A stretch of DNA of 45,798 nucleotides from Chiloscyllium plagiosum (lineage: Eukaryota). The notes beneath the pieces were generated by a model. The model did no database searches. It was not told the origin of the DNA and saw only the letters and a program-made list of their open reading frames with translations. The translations under genes were made by a program, and so were the position numbers. This document shows positions 1 through 11,965 of the stretch, piece by piece; position 1 is the first letter of the stretch; every line of letters starts with the position of its first letter. The stretch is taken from assembly GCF_004010195.1 (NCBI RefSeq), contig NC_057750.1, positions 12,721,253 to 12,767,050 on the forward strand. The letters run 5' to 3'.

Positions 1-390
1 TGATTGAGACGTATAAGATTATTAAAGGATTGGACACTTGGAGGCAGGAAACATGTTTCCGCTGATGGGTGAGTACCGAACCTGAGGACACAGCTTAAAA
101 ATACGGGGTAGATCATTTAGGACAGAGATGAGGAGAAACTTGTTCACCCAGAGAGTGGTGGCTGTGTGGAATGCTCTGCCCCAGAGGGCAGTGGAGGCCC
201 AGTCTCTGGATTCATTTAAGAAAGAGTTGGATAGTACTCTTAAGGATAGTGGAATCAAGGGTTATGGAGATAAGGCAGGAACAGGATACTGATTAAGGAT
301 GATCAGTCATGATCATATTGAATGGTGGTGCAGGCTCGAAGGGCAGAATGGCCTACTCCTGCACCTATTGTCTATTGTCTATTGTCTATA
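1..390 (+). mobile_element. CR1-clade LINE 3' end (ORF2 C-terminus, 3'UTR, tandem tail)
   Basis: Translates to IETYKIIKGLD...FTQRVVAVWNALPQRAVEAQSLDSFKKELD, typical CR1 ORF2 end, with a frameshift; ends in (CTATTGT)x3 tail at 365-389. Confidence 0.85.
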
Positions 391-1703
391 TCTTATACTT
401 TAAAAGGACCTCTAAGGCTGTAAGGTGCTTGGTCAAGTCCTGAGGTCATAAAAGGTGCTGAAGTCTTTCCTCCTCCTGGCTTCGTCTCTGAATGCCGTGT
501 TTAGTTCTCGAAGTGCATGAAGCTGAGGAGCAGTGAGAGGGTGTCATAGGCTGCTGTATTTTCAAGATTTGTAGCTAAGGGGATGCAATGTAAATAAAGC
601 TTATATTAGAGCTTTATCTATTGGCAGCAATCAAAATCCTCTTGCAATGCCAGTGACAGGATGAATCCCAAACCATTGATCATATGACCCCGTCAGTCTC
701 CATGACAGTCTCCTAATAAGGCTCGTAATTAGACCGTAATCATGTGTTGTCAGGTTACAGTCCTGCTCCAAGTTTTACATGACAGTTATAGGCTCTCCCC
801 TCTAGGTATTCCTTCATATTATTCCAGTTGTTTAGCACAAATGGTGTTTTGATTGTCAGAGCACGGAATGGTTTGCAGGAAGCCTGGGGCGAGCTCCTGA
901 AATGAATCTGTGATCATCCCATTGTAATGACTCATTCCACTCATTAGCTGCAATCAGTCGGGCTCTGACCTCATTTAGAAAAAAATTCTCTTTAGCCTCC
1001 CTGTTCCTTAATGGGGACATTTTCTCTCTAATTAGATGGCTCAATAATGAATGATAACGAGCCAGTAAAGTACACCTCCAATGATTAGGAAAACATTTTG
1101 GGCGTAATTAAAAATATGGTGGAATCCCATTGCAGAGTAACATTAGCAGCCTGAGCCTGATAGACATAGACTTCCGTGTGTGTCACTAGCAATGGGCCAG
1201 TTCAGGGGATACAAATGGACAGTATGAGAGAACCCAGCAACTAAAGTTAATTATTTTAATTAACCTTTTCATCATGCTGTGACATATCTCTGGGGCAGGT
1301 AAGATTTAAACTTTGAACTTCAGGCTCAGAGGTAAGGACACTACCATAGCACCATTAACAGTTAGCCCTTGTTTCCTAATAAGCTTTGACTATGCTTTTG
1401 TTTCTCACCTATTCCAATGATCTGCTGGCTGGACACTTACTTGAAACTCAGTGAAGTTGACCTCATCCAATACTCTGCTGCCCATCTCCTAACTTAGGGT
1501 TACCCTGATCCTTCAGGATTTGACCTGGAGTTTCCAGGAATTGAAGATCAATCTCCAGAGCACGACTGTGTGCAACTGTGGAGAAAAATCATCGCAAAAA
1601 GGATGGGCATTTTTGCCATTTCCTTCGAATGTTTCCTTCTCCATGATAGTAAAACATTCCAGACAGGAGGATGGGGTAAGGGGCAGTTGGGAAGAGATTG
1701 ATT

Positions 1704-1872
1704 TTAGATTGGATTAGATTACTTACAGTGTGGAAACAGGCCCTTCGGCCCAACAAGTCCACACCGCCCCGCCGAAGCGCAACCCACCCATACCCCTTCA
1801 TTTACCCCTTACCCAACACTACGGACAATTTAGCATGGCCAATTCACCTGACCGGCACATCTTCAGACTGTG
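1704..1872 (-). mobile_element. HE1-type SINE, 3' half, cut by gap
   Basis: (TAGAT)n tail then reverse complement of the SINE 3' region seen in full copies such as 13789-14094. Confidence 0.85.
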
Positions 1873-1920
1873 NNNNNNNNNNNNNNNNNNNNNNNNNNNN
1901 NNNNNNNNNNNNNNNNNNNN
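1873..1920. other. assembly gap (48 N)
   Basis: N run. Confidence 1.
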
Positions 1921-2183
1921 GCCCACATCATGTGATTAAATCTCCAGGAATAGCTTTGATCACAGTTGGTGACCCTAATCCTAACCCACACAGTGTTGTT
2001 CACCCACTGTTCCTGTGCCCGCTGACCTACATGGACTTGTTGGCCCTCAGTGCGCAATTTCAAGATTCTTGATCTTATACTCAACTCCATCCATGGTTCC
2101 ACCCCTCCCCCAACCATCGACGATCCCGTCATCCCCACGGTGCTGTTCTCCTGCACACCTTGGATTTTCATCTTTCCAACCCT

Positions 2184-2435
2184 TTAGATTAGAGTAGATT
2201 AGATTAGATTACTTACAGTGTGGAAACAGGCCCTTCGGCCCAACAAGTCCACACCGCCCCGCCGAAGCACAACCCACCCATACCCCTACATCTACCCCTT
2301 ACCTAACATTACGGGCAATTTAGCATGGCCAATTCACCTGACCTGCACATCTTTGGACTGTGAGAGGAAACCGGAGCACCCGGAGGAAACCCACGCAGAC
2401 ACGGGGAGAAAATGCAAGCTCCACACAGTCAGCTG
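2184..2435 (-). mobile_element. HE1-type SINE, lacking tRNA head
   Basis: (TAGAT)n tail; body close to 1704-1872 copy. Confidence 0.85.
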
Positions 2436-2467
2436 CTTGGGTTCTTGGCTTTGGGGGTCTCTCCCCA

Positions 2468-2785
2468 GTGTGGCTCAGTGGTTAGCACTGCTGCGTCACA
2501 GTGCCAGGGACCCGGGTTCAATACCAGCCTTAGGTGATGGCTTGCTTGGAGTTTGTATGTTCTCTGCATAGGTTTCCTCTGGGTGCTCCCGTTTCCTCAC
2601 ACATTCCAGAGATGTGCAGGTCAGGGTGGATTGACCATGACAAATTGCCCATAGTGGACTGGTTATGGGAAATGCAGGGTTAAAAAGATAGGGTAGAGGG
2701 TCATGTCTGGGTGGGATGCCCTCCAGAGGGTTGGTGTGGACTCGATGGGACAAATGGCCTGCTTCCAAGCTGTAGGGGTTCTAAT
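2468..2785 (+). mobile_element. HE1-type SINE
   Basis: A-box TGGCTCAGTGG, B-box GGTTCAATACC, central domain, LINE-like tail; head-to-head with previous copy. Confidence 0.85.
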
Positions 2786-3861
2786 ATTTAACCTCGTCAA
2801 CTCTATACCACTTCATTCTTCTCTAATGCTCACTGTCAAAACTTCCCAAAGGATTTAACATTCTGTGTGGCATGACGTTCCTTTTGCCATCTATTGTTTG
2901 AACAGGTATCCAGGAGCTCAATTTTCCTGTCTTTGGCTCAATGTAAGTTGCATCGAGGGTGGGATTCTTGCAACAGAATTCCTTGCTCTTTTTTTACTAT
3001 CAAATGCACCTCATTAACTACTTACCCACTCCATGATATCCCTCATGTTCGATTTGACCTCCATCTTGTCATGTCTCATTCCCAGAACAACTCACCACTC
3101 AGCCACTATCCCAGCAGCCCTTGCACCCACGCCATCTTTAAAAGCCAGGCGTGTGTCTGGAGGATCACTGTCAGTCCAGAGTTGCCCTGCATCGTCCCTA
3201 TTGCCGAGACGTGGCAAACAGGATGAAATGGGTGACTGCTTTGGGGGCAGGGGCATGGGCCAACTGGCTGGGGTTTCCCAGGTGGGATGTCCTCTTTCCC
3301 CAGGACCAGCAGTGGACAATGGTCTGAGGTTGCCCCGAGCTACACCATTCTCAGCCAGAACGTATAGCAATGCAGGAAAAAAGTTAATACCCTTCTCCAC
3401 TCTGTCAGAGTAAGTGGCATCATTTTATCTCCAATATGCCACACTCAGTCTGTTGGTGCTGCTACGCCCACTTCCCAATTCGGCTCATGCTCTGTGACTC
3501 TCACTAGCGCCTGCAACATCTTCCCCACTCATTGTCAGCCAGCCCTACCCCGATAGCATGAGTCCTGCGTGCCCTTAGCGCTGCTGAATCACTCACTTGC
3601 AACACTTGCCAACCGACACCAGAAATAACAGCTGAGCCCCCCCCTCCCCGACTTCCCTCTCCTTTAATTCCTGCCTCTCTCTCATTCCAGGAGGGAAACC
3701 ACCAACAACAGGACAGCAAGAGCCAACACGGGGGTGGGCTGACCATCGTTCAGCTGCTCACCCCTTTTCTTGGAGAACCTCCTGCTTCTGGCTGGCACCA
3801 GTGCCAACCAACCATGTCCAAGCTCCTGGATTCCTATTGGAGACTGCTGTTGATTCTTCTT

Positions 3862-4189
3862 ATTAGATTAGATTAGGTTAGATTCCCTACAGTGTGGAAA
3901 CAGGCCCTTTGGCCCAACCAGTCCATGCTGACCCTCCGAAGAGCAACCCACCCAGACTCATTCCCCTCTGACTAATGCACCTAACACTATGGGCAATTTA
4001 GCATGGCCAATTCACCCTGACCTTTACATCTTTGGACTGTGGGAGGAAACTGGAGCACCCAGAGGGAACCCACGCAGACACGGGGCGAATGTGCAAACTC
4101 CACACAGACAGTTGCCCAAAGCTGGAATCGAACCTAGGCCCCTGGCGCTGTGAGGCTTCAATGCTAACCACTGAGCCACCGTGCCGCCC
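3862..4189 (-). mobile_element. HE1-type SINE, full length
   Basis: Reverse strand starts GGGCGGCACGGTGGCTCAGTGGTTAGC, has B-box, ends in (ATCTA)n. Confidence 0.9.
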
Positions 4190-4218
4190 TCCTATAAGAC
4201 ATAGGAATAAATTGAATT

Positions 4219-4312
4219 ATTCATTCATGGGATGTGGGCATCGCTGACTGGGGCAGTGTTTATTACGCATCCATAGTTGCCCTTAAGAAGGTGATGGGGA
4301 GCTCTCTTTTGG
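4219..4312 (-). mobile_element. 3' tail of second non-LTR family (LINE family B or its SINE)
   Basis: Similar to 29520-29622 and to reverse complement of 37203-37310. Confidence 0.6.
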
Positions 4313-5905
4313 AAGGTCAAGGAGCCTTATCCAGGGTGTCAAGGGCGACCATTCTCACCTCCCCTTTAATATCCCCCAATGTTTGTCCCTCATGTCTGAT
4401 TACGCTCTGTGTAGTGCCTTGGGAGAGTTTACCATATTAAGGGTGCTGTATAAATGCACAGTGTTGCAAGATCTTTACTGGGTCAGGGCCTGTGCTGGTG
4501 CTGTGGAAAACAGACAGCGTTTTACAATGTAACCATGGGAGCTTGAGGGAGAACCTCCTTCCCTAACCCATCAATCTCACAAACATACACACGGGCGGGT
4601 AGAGTCTGCTAGGGTTCCTCCCTATACCTGGAAATTTCTGCCTCTGCTGTCGGTAATATTACCTTTCTACTCTATTCCAACCTGTAGTACAAACCTACAT
4701 CCACATCCTCTCTGTCTCATAATCTTGTTTATAAAACTGATAAATAGACTATCCCTTCTATTTCTAAATCCCACGTCTACTCACTGTTTTCTATATACAC
4801 CTTCCATTTCGCTTCTATCTATATATAAAATTTCCCAGCATACCTCAATTGTTGGCCAATGTATAGGTCTCAGTGTAATTCAATGACTTTTTCCTGTTGC
4901 ACATCACCCCTGATGCAATGATACATCTTCTCTACTCCTCCACCAGCACACAACTTCAGCAAGGTCCCCTGCTATTATTTTCCAGTCCCTCAAGTTGCTG
5001 GAGGAGGAGATGAATATTCAGTGCTGATCAGCGTGCCGTCCCAAAGCAGATTAAGTGGTTCGCCACCTCTTGGTAATTACATGACATTCGGAGACTGAGT
5101 CGGCTCAGGCTGAAACCCCCTCCCCCAGAGTAAACTTGAGTTCAGTGCATCTGCAGAGGGACTGAAACGTTCACAGACAGCAGAAAAGGCAGCCCTATGT
5201 CAGTGTAATTACTGACAGCGTGAGCTTCATGACTAAGCTCACTCGAGTTGGAGCGGCATGAGCAACAGGAACACTAGTGTCTAACCAACATCAGAATCTG
5301 TCTCCACCTTTTCAGAGATTCCTGGAAACCTACCCATTTGGCTAAACGTTTGGTCACTGATGCAATCTCTCCTTATTTGCTTCAGGGTCAAGTTGACTTT
5401 GGTGATGCTCCTATAAAGGACTTTGGGACCTATTACTGGATTAAAAATTCAGTGAAATTGAAAGCTGTTGTTGAATACACCAGGACACTTGATTTGCTTA
5501 TCCCTGACTGTTGTAGTAATATGAGATTTATGCTCTTGTGAGGGAACAGCAAGCAGTCTCTACTGAAGACAACGATGTGCAGAGGCTGGTAAGAGAGAAC
5601 TCCTTACCTGGAGCCTGACAGTTTCACACAAACTGACTCACTATGACAAAGCTCCCTTTGCTCATATTCAGGAGCTCTCCACTGAGAAACATTCCCTTCA
5701 TGGTACAGCCATGGGAACTAATCCTGTTCTTCACCCATTGCCAATGCTTGTTGGGACACCACCATTGAAGAGAATGAGCATGCAGTGCTCCTGTTTTGCT
5801 TGTAAAAAAATCATGGAATGATCTGCAGCCCTTGCTCACAAACTCCCTGGTGCTTCTACAGGCATCTGCCTCCTACAGTCACAATGAGGTCTTACTGTCT
5901 TACTT

Positions 5906-6240
5906 GGAGTGGCACGGTGGCTCAGTGGTTAGCACTGCTGCCTCACCCCGCCAGGGACCCGGGTTCGATTCCACCCTTGGGTGACTCTCTGTGGAGATTG
6001 CACATTCTCCCCGTTTCTTCCCACAGTCCAAAGATGTGCAGGCTAGAGTGGATTGGCCATGCTAAATTGCCCCATAGTGTCCAGGGATATACAAGCTAGT
6101 TGAGTTAGCCATGGGAAATGCAGGGTTAAAGGAATAGGGTCGGGGGATAGTCTGGATGGGATGCTCTTTGGAGGGTTAGTGTGGACTCGCTGGGCCAAAT
6201 GGCCTATTTCCACACTGTAGGGATTATATGATTCCTCTAT
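5906..6240 (+). mobile_element. HE1-type SINE, full length
   Basis: A-box, B-box GGTTCGATTCC, tail GGGATTATATGATT. Confidence 0.9.
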
Positions 6241-6796
6241 TAAAGTCATCAACTATAATATTGTTGGTTGTTGTTAACTTGCAGCTTATTCTTAGTTTTG
6301 AGATGTTAAACAATGGCCAAGAAATCTGCAGAGGTAAGTTTAATAAAATTAACTTTATTTATAGTATCATTGGTGTATGATAGCGTTGGCATCTTAAAGG
6401 GTTAATGCTGTGGAGTACTTAAGCATCCATCATGATAATATCTTAGGGACTTAGTGGGAAAATAGTTTAACATCTTAACGGAGTAAGAGTTAACATCCAG
6501 GTTCTCCTTGTAATCTCTGCAACAATATCTATTACATGAGAGGAACTTGTACTCGGTTGATAATGTACAAAAAAAATACATCTAGTTTCAAACAAAAGCC
6601 TCTCATTAGATTATCAAATGTTTTTCCTATACCACATGTAATAAAATGTGAAAAAAAAAGCATTTTGTCAAGTTTGGCTTCTTAACAAGTGGCATATGGG
6701 TATTAGTAACTTTTGTGAAGGCTTTAAAACAAGTAAGTTCAGTCAGTTTTTCTGGAACTGTGACCTATATCGCAATTTCTCAGAGAGCAGGTGATT

Positions 6797-7296
6797 NNNN
6801 NNNNNNNNNNNNNNNNNNNNNNNNNNNNNNNNNNNNNNNNNNNNNNNNNNNNNNNNNNNNNNNNNNNNNNNNNNNNNNNNNNNNNNNNNNNNNNNNNNNN
6901 NNNNNNNNNNNNNNNNNNNNNNNNNNNNNNNNNNNNNNNNNNNNNNNNNNNNNNNNNNNNNNNNNNNNNNNNNNNNNNNNNNNNNNNNNNNNNNNNNNNN
7001 NNNNNNNNNNNNNNNNNNNNNNNNNNNNNNNNNNNNNNNNNNNNNNNNNNNNNNNNNNNNNNNNNNNNNNNNNNNNNNNNNNNNNNNNNNNNNNNNNNNN
7101 NNNNNNNNNNNNNNNNNNNNNNNNNNNNNNNNNNNNNNNNNNNNNNNNNNNNNNNNNNNNNNNNNNNNNNNNNNNNNNNNNNNNNNNNNNNNNNNNNNNN
7201 NNNNNNNNNNNNNNNNNNNNNNNNNNNNNNNNNNNNNNNNNNNNNNNNNNNNNNNNNNNNNNNNNNNNNNNNNNNNNNNNNNNNNNNNNNNNNNNN
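6797..7296. other. assembly gap (500 N)
   Basis: N run. Confidence 1.
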
Positions 7297-7404
7297 AAGG
7301 TACACACAGAGCCAACTGGTCTGGCCGTCAGTGGAGCACGGAAAAGATTTGTAGCTCAATGGTTTCCGACTGAGAATAGCACTCAACAATCAGACAACCC
7401 AGCA

Positions 7405-7697
7405 GATGGCTCAGTGGTTAGCACTGCTGTCAAACAGCGCCAGGGACCCGGGTTCGATTCCAGCCTCGGGTGACTGTCCGTGTGGAGTTTGCACATTCTC
7501 CCTGTGGCTGCGTGGTATACAGGTTAGATGGATTGGCCACACTAAATTGCCCATTGTATACAGATTACTTGGGTTAACCATGGGAAACGTAGAATTACAG
7601 GGAGAGAGTGGAGGGTGGATCTGAGCGGGGCATCCTTTGGAGGGTTGGTGTAGACCTGATGGGCCGAATGGCCTGTTTCCGCACTGTCGAGTCTCTA
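7405..7697 (+). mobile_element. HE1-type SINE, diverged
   Basis: A-box, B-box and body similar to other copies. Confidence 0.85.
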
Positions 7698-8424
7698 ACT
7701 CACAGGAAGCAAAACCCCCATGATCAATGCTGATCTCAACCATAGTGGAAGCCAGCCCAAGAAACAGGCTGACGCAAAACCTTTCAGAAGGCTGGAAGCT
7801 TCCAACATGTTAACCAAAATCAGCAGAAAGAACAGGTTTAACAGTTTGAAACACAGAGCCAATTAATTCTTAACAATCATTTGCAACCAGCAGTGTCAAG
7901 TAGTTGGCCTCATGTGACCTCCTCTGGAGACCTTCACTTTATAGGTGACTGTCTGACCTATTTCAGTGGAACTGACATTACGATGCTGTTGTATGGGTAG
8001 TGGGCGTTGTTAACAGACCAGTTGTGTGGTGGAAAACCTGTATAGGAGTCAAGAGTAGGCATTCTCTGATCTAAACTATTCCAGTGAAACCATGATACTG
8101 GTATCTGCCAACCATGAGGTAAATTGTCCAAATTTATGCATTGTATAAAAATAATCTTTGACTATTCCAGTGTACAACTCAAATTTCAGCTAAAGAACAG
8201 CGTGTCCTAAAGCTTGCCAGCCTCACCTTGCCCTGCATGATGTTGATCTCCCATCTGTTGTCTAAGACAGCATATATCTGAAAGAGTTACCTGGCATCAT
8301 GAGGTGGGCTCCTCCTGTCAAACCATAAGCAACTGTTCCTGGGCGGAGTCTGAGAGTTGCAGAGAGGATTGATATGTTTGACCAGTGTTTGCTTGTAGGG
8401 GCTCTCTAAGTTGTGGTGAGCTCA

Positions 8425-8585
8425 TCTGGCTGGTTAGTGATGCCAAAAAGCAGGGGTTCAATCCCCGCACTGACTGAGGTCACCGTGAAGGACTCTCCTT
8501 CTCAACCTCTCCCCTCCCCTGGGCTGTGGTGACCCTCAGGTTAAAGCACCACCCGTTATCCCTCTCTAATGAGGGAGCAGCCGTC
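8425..8585 (+). mobile_element. probable tRNA-derived SINE fragment of another family
   Basis: B-box-like GGTTCAATCCC at about 8454-8465 followed by a non-HE1 body; recognition only, single copy in window. Confidence 0.35.
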
Positions 8586-8704
8586 TAGAAATGTAATGGC
8601 TTGTCCTGGTGCTGTAGCTAACTGTAATATGAACTTACTCTTAATTTGAGCCCGGTGTCTCACACTAGACCAGCATGTATGTCAAATATATCATAACTTG
8701 GTTA

Positions 8705-8897
8705 GAGACAAAACAAACAGCTGGAATCCAGAGTAGGCAGGCAGGAGGCTGGAAGAACACAGCAAGCCAGGCAGCATCAGGAGGTGGAGAAGTCGAAGTT
8801 TCGGGTGTAAACCCTTCTTCAGGACTGGGGCTGGGTGTAGGGAAGGAGCTGCAGATAAAGGGGGTGGCGGGGTCAGGGTGGTGAAGTGGGGATAGGT
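8705..8897 (-). mobile_element. Penelope-like element terminal fragment
   Basis: Homologous to PLE termini at 9310 and 45053; contains hammerhead motif. Confidence 0.7.
8791..8826 (-). ncRNA. minimal hammerhead ribozyme motif
   Basis: Minus strand AGTC-CTGAAGA-A-GGGT-TTAC-ACCC-GAAA-CTTC-GACT; stem I AGTC/GACT and stem II pair perfectly; ACGT palindrome mutated to ACTT. Confidence 0.7.
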
Positions 8898-9309
8898 ACT
8901 AGCTACTAATTACTACGTAATGAACCTTTTGATTGTGCATCAAGGTTCAGCATGGGGAAAATTGGCAGCGATGAACCGACCCAAAGCTTCTCAGTCACAC
9001 CAAGGTAATGACCTCGCAGCTCAAAGTTACACACCGCCCACAGGAGACTTGGCTATTCCAGCCTGTCCTTGCCAATGCACACCCGCTCCCTGATTTTCAA
9101 TCTCGTGATTAAGTACCTTCATGCCCTCATGCCTCCCCATCTCTGTAACCTCCTCTAATCCTCAAACATCCCCTTTTCCCCATCATTGACAGCCACGTCT
9201 TCAGCTGTACAGACTCCAGACTGCCCATCGTTAGGCACTTTACCTCTTCAGTTTCCAAGACCCACCTCCCTGACCCAGCCTGGGGTCCCCTCAGCATTGA
9301 TTTATCTCT

Positions 9310-9796
9310 ATCAAGATTAGAGTGGTGCTGGAAAAGCACAGCAGGTCAGGCAGCATCCGAGGAGCAGGAAAATCGACGTTTCGGGCAAAAGCCCTTCATC
9401 AGGAATGAGGCTGGGAGCCTTGGGGCTGGAGAGATAAATGGGAGGGGGGTGGGGGTGGTGAGTCCACCGCTGCTCCCTCACCACCCGACGCCTGGAGGGA
9501 GAACGCCTCATCTTCTGCCTCGGAACCCTTCAACACCAGGGCATCAATGTGGACTTCACCAGTTTCCTCATTTTCCCTCCCCCCCCCCCCCCCAACCTTA
9601 CCCCAGTTCCAACCTTCCTGATCATCACCATCCTCATGACCTGTCCCACCTGTCAATCTGGTGCGGAGATGAAGGGTTCCTACCTGAAACATCATGTCTT
9701 CAGTCCCTCAGATGCTGCCTGACCTGCTGTGCTTTTCCAGCATCACTCTAATCTTGACTCAAATCTCCAGCATATGCAGTCCTCACTTTCGCCTAG
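9310..9796 (+). mobile_element. Penelope-like element 3' end with inverted 5' arm and 13-bp flanking direct repeat
   Basis: 9462-9572 translates VHRCSLTTRRLEGERLIFCLGTLQHQGINVDFTSFLI (PLE GIY-YIG C-terminal pattern R.LE..LIF.LGTL.P.G.N); 9311-9460 is an inverted copy of the terminus; TTGATTTATCTCT at 9297-9309 and 9797-9809. Confidence 0.85.
9371..9406 (-). ncRNA. minimal hammerhead ribozyme motif, core intact
   Basis: Minus strand ATTC-CTGATGA-A-GGGC-TTTT-GCCC-GAAA-CGTC-GATT; GTC cleavage triplet, ACGT palindromic stem III, stem I short with one T-T mismatch. Confidence 0.75.
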
Positions 9797-10099
9797 TTGA
9801 TTTATCTCTTCCTAGTGTAGTTTTGCAGATTGTCCTGGAATCTTATCCTCTTTTAAAGGTCTCAAATTTCTGGTTCTACTGCCCATACGCATTCTGCACT
9901 TCAAAATAAATCTCACTCTCTCACCTCTACAGGGTTACTGTTGTATACTGAAGGAATCATTATCCTCTCTATCCAGTACATAACCTATAGACACGGGATT
10001 ACTGTCTATCCCTGAACTGTTGACATCTACTCTTGACTCCCTCAGGTGTAACTTTATGATAATTCTGTTTGCCTGATAATTTGGGGAGAAACTCTTAGC

Positions 10100-10178
10100 T
10101 GTGGCGATATTGTGGTGAGGTCATTTGACTAGTCATCCAGCACACAGTTCAATATCCTAGGGATCAGGGCTCAAATCA
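10100..10178 (+). mobile_element. tRNA-like head of SINE family B, diverged
   Basis: Similar to reverse complement of 43680-43745; degenerate B-box GGCTCAAATC. Confidence 0.4.
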
Positions 10179-10305
10179 GGATGAAGAGCTTAAGCTCAAA
10201 ATGTCGACTCTCCTGCTCCTTGGATGCTGCCTGACCTGCTGTGCTTTTCCAGCACCACACTCTCGACTCTGATCTTCAGCATCTGCCGTCCTCACTTTTT
10301 CCCGG
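10179..10305 (+). mobile_element. Penelope-like terminal fragment with decayed hammerhead
   Basis: GATGA-A-GAGC-TTAA-GCTC-AAAA-TGTC then GATGCTGCCTGACCTGCTGTGCTTTTCCAGCA terminus. Confidence 0.75.
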
Positions 10306-10329
10306 TTAATTCTTAGCTGTTCTCTGAAA

Positions 10330-10886
10330 GGTTGTGTTGAGGTTGTACAGGATGTTGGTGAGGCCCCTCTGGAATGCTGTGTCCCATTCTGGTCTTCCTG
10401 TTATGGGAAGGATATTATTAAGCTGGACAGGGTTCAGGAGAGATTTCCCAGGATGTTGCTGGGAATGGAGATCTTGAGTTATAAGGAGAGGCTGGATAGG
10501 CTGGGACTTCTTTCGCTGGAGTTTAGGAAGTTAAGGGGTGACATTATAGCGGTTTATAAAATTATAAGGGGTATAGATAAGGTGCATGGCAGGTGTATTT
10601 TCCCCAGAGTGGGGAATGTCAAGACTAGGGGACACATTTTAAAGGTGGAGGAGAGAGATTTTAAAAAGACATAGAGAGTGGTTCGTGTGTGGAATGAGTG
10701 TCCAGAGAAAGCTGTGGATGTGAGTACAGTTACAACGTTTAAAAGACATTTAGATGAGTACATGAATAAGAAATGGCTGGAGGGATGTGGGCCAAACGCA
10801 GGCTGGTGGGACTAATTTAGTTTGGGATTATGGACTGGTTGGACCAAAGGGTCTGTTCCCGTGCTGTAAGTCTCAGATGACTCTAA
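10330..10886 (+). mobile_element. CR1/HER1-type LINE 3' fragment
   Basis: ORF 10453-10674 LSYKERLDRLGLLSLEFRKLRGDIIAVYKIIRG; 3'UTR resembles HE1 tail. Confidence 0.9.
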
Positions 10887-11409
10887 GGTGGCTTCCAAGT
10901 GGACAACATTGGCTCTTTGAATGGATTAGACAGTCTGCTAAGTGTGGATGAAATGCATGACCATTCCTTATCTGTGACTGTCTGGTTTCTGCAGCTTCCT
11001 GTTTCTGCCTGAATCTGACCTGAACAGTTTGAAGTTTTGTAATTACAATGTTCAATCATCTCTAAGGGGTCAGATTTACCACAATGGAGGACAGTGGTAT
11101 TCTCTTTAGAATAGTAATGTTCTCTTTAGAGCATCAGGATATTTTAGAATTCTCCTTAGATCCAAATTTCTGGTACTGCCATTACTATTGGACCTGTTAT
11201 ATCGAATTGTCCAGCTGTGTTACAGTAAAGTGGGTGTTTTATAAAATTTTCTTATTTCTTTGATACTTGTCTCAACCCCCTTAACATTTAGATGAAATTA
11301 GATTATCTTAAGTCATGGTTGGCTAATGGAGCATACCATGAGCTAACTCCAAAATTGAATATGCTTGGGGGCCTGTGAGAGGGACGAACTTTTAAACTGC
11401 TGCCCAGTA

Positions 11410-11965
11410 ACGCAGACACAGACAGACACACACACACAGACAGACACACGCAGGCACAGACAGACACACAGGCACACTAACACACACAGACACACACACA
11501 CAGACAGACAGACACACACACACACACACTCTCGCACACACACACACGCACAGACCAGGCAAATATATTTGCACCTGCACACACACACACCCACAAGCTG
11601 CATACACAGAAGCTTAGGGGATACACACACTCATACACCCCAAACAGACATAACACACTCCCCCAGACAAACACAGAGACAGACAGACAAATGCAAACAT
11701 GTACACACCACATACGCAGCAGACAAACACACACACAACCCCAGACACACGCACACCCCAAACAAACACAAACACACACCCCAAACAGACACATAAGCAG
11801 ATCCCAGACAAACTCACACATGTACACACACATACTCGTCAGACAAACATACACACCAGTCACACACTGACATGCACATAGTGACTCACCAGACACACAC
11901 ATAACCTGCATGTGGGCATCAACCTGATACATCAAATACACACACAAGACACAGACACAGATCCA
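11410..11965. repeat. degenerate (CA)n/(CAGA)n simple repeat
   Basis: Direct inspection. Confidence 0.9.

Noticed and set aside
1704..2435. Assembly duplication of one SINE across the 48-N gap
   Set aside because: The copies differ at several positions and have different flanks, so they are more likely sister insertions
3150..3250. Possible ancient PLE GIY-YIG N-terminal remnant (IAET...GDCF)
   Set aside because: Too degenerate to distinguish from chance without a profile search
5906..5975. tRNA genes at SINE heads
   Set aside because: A and B boxes run straight into the SINE body and tail in many diverged copies; not standalone tRNAs
6715..7473. Long ORFs here and at 43872-44966
   Set aside because: They span N gaps and TG/CA simple repeats
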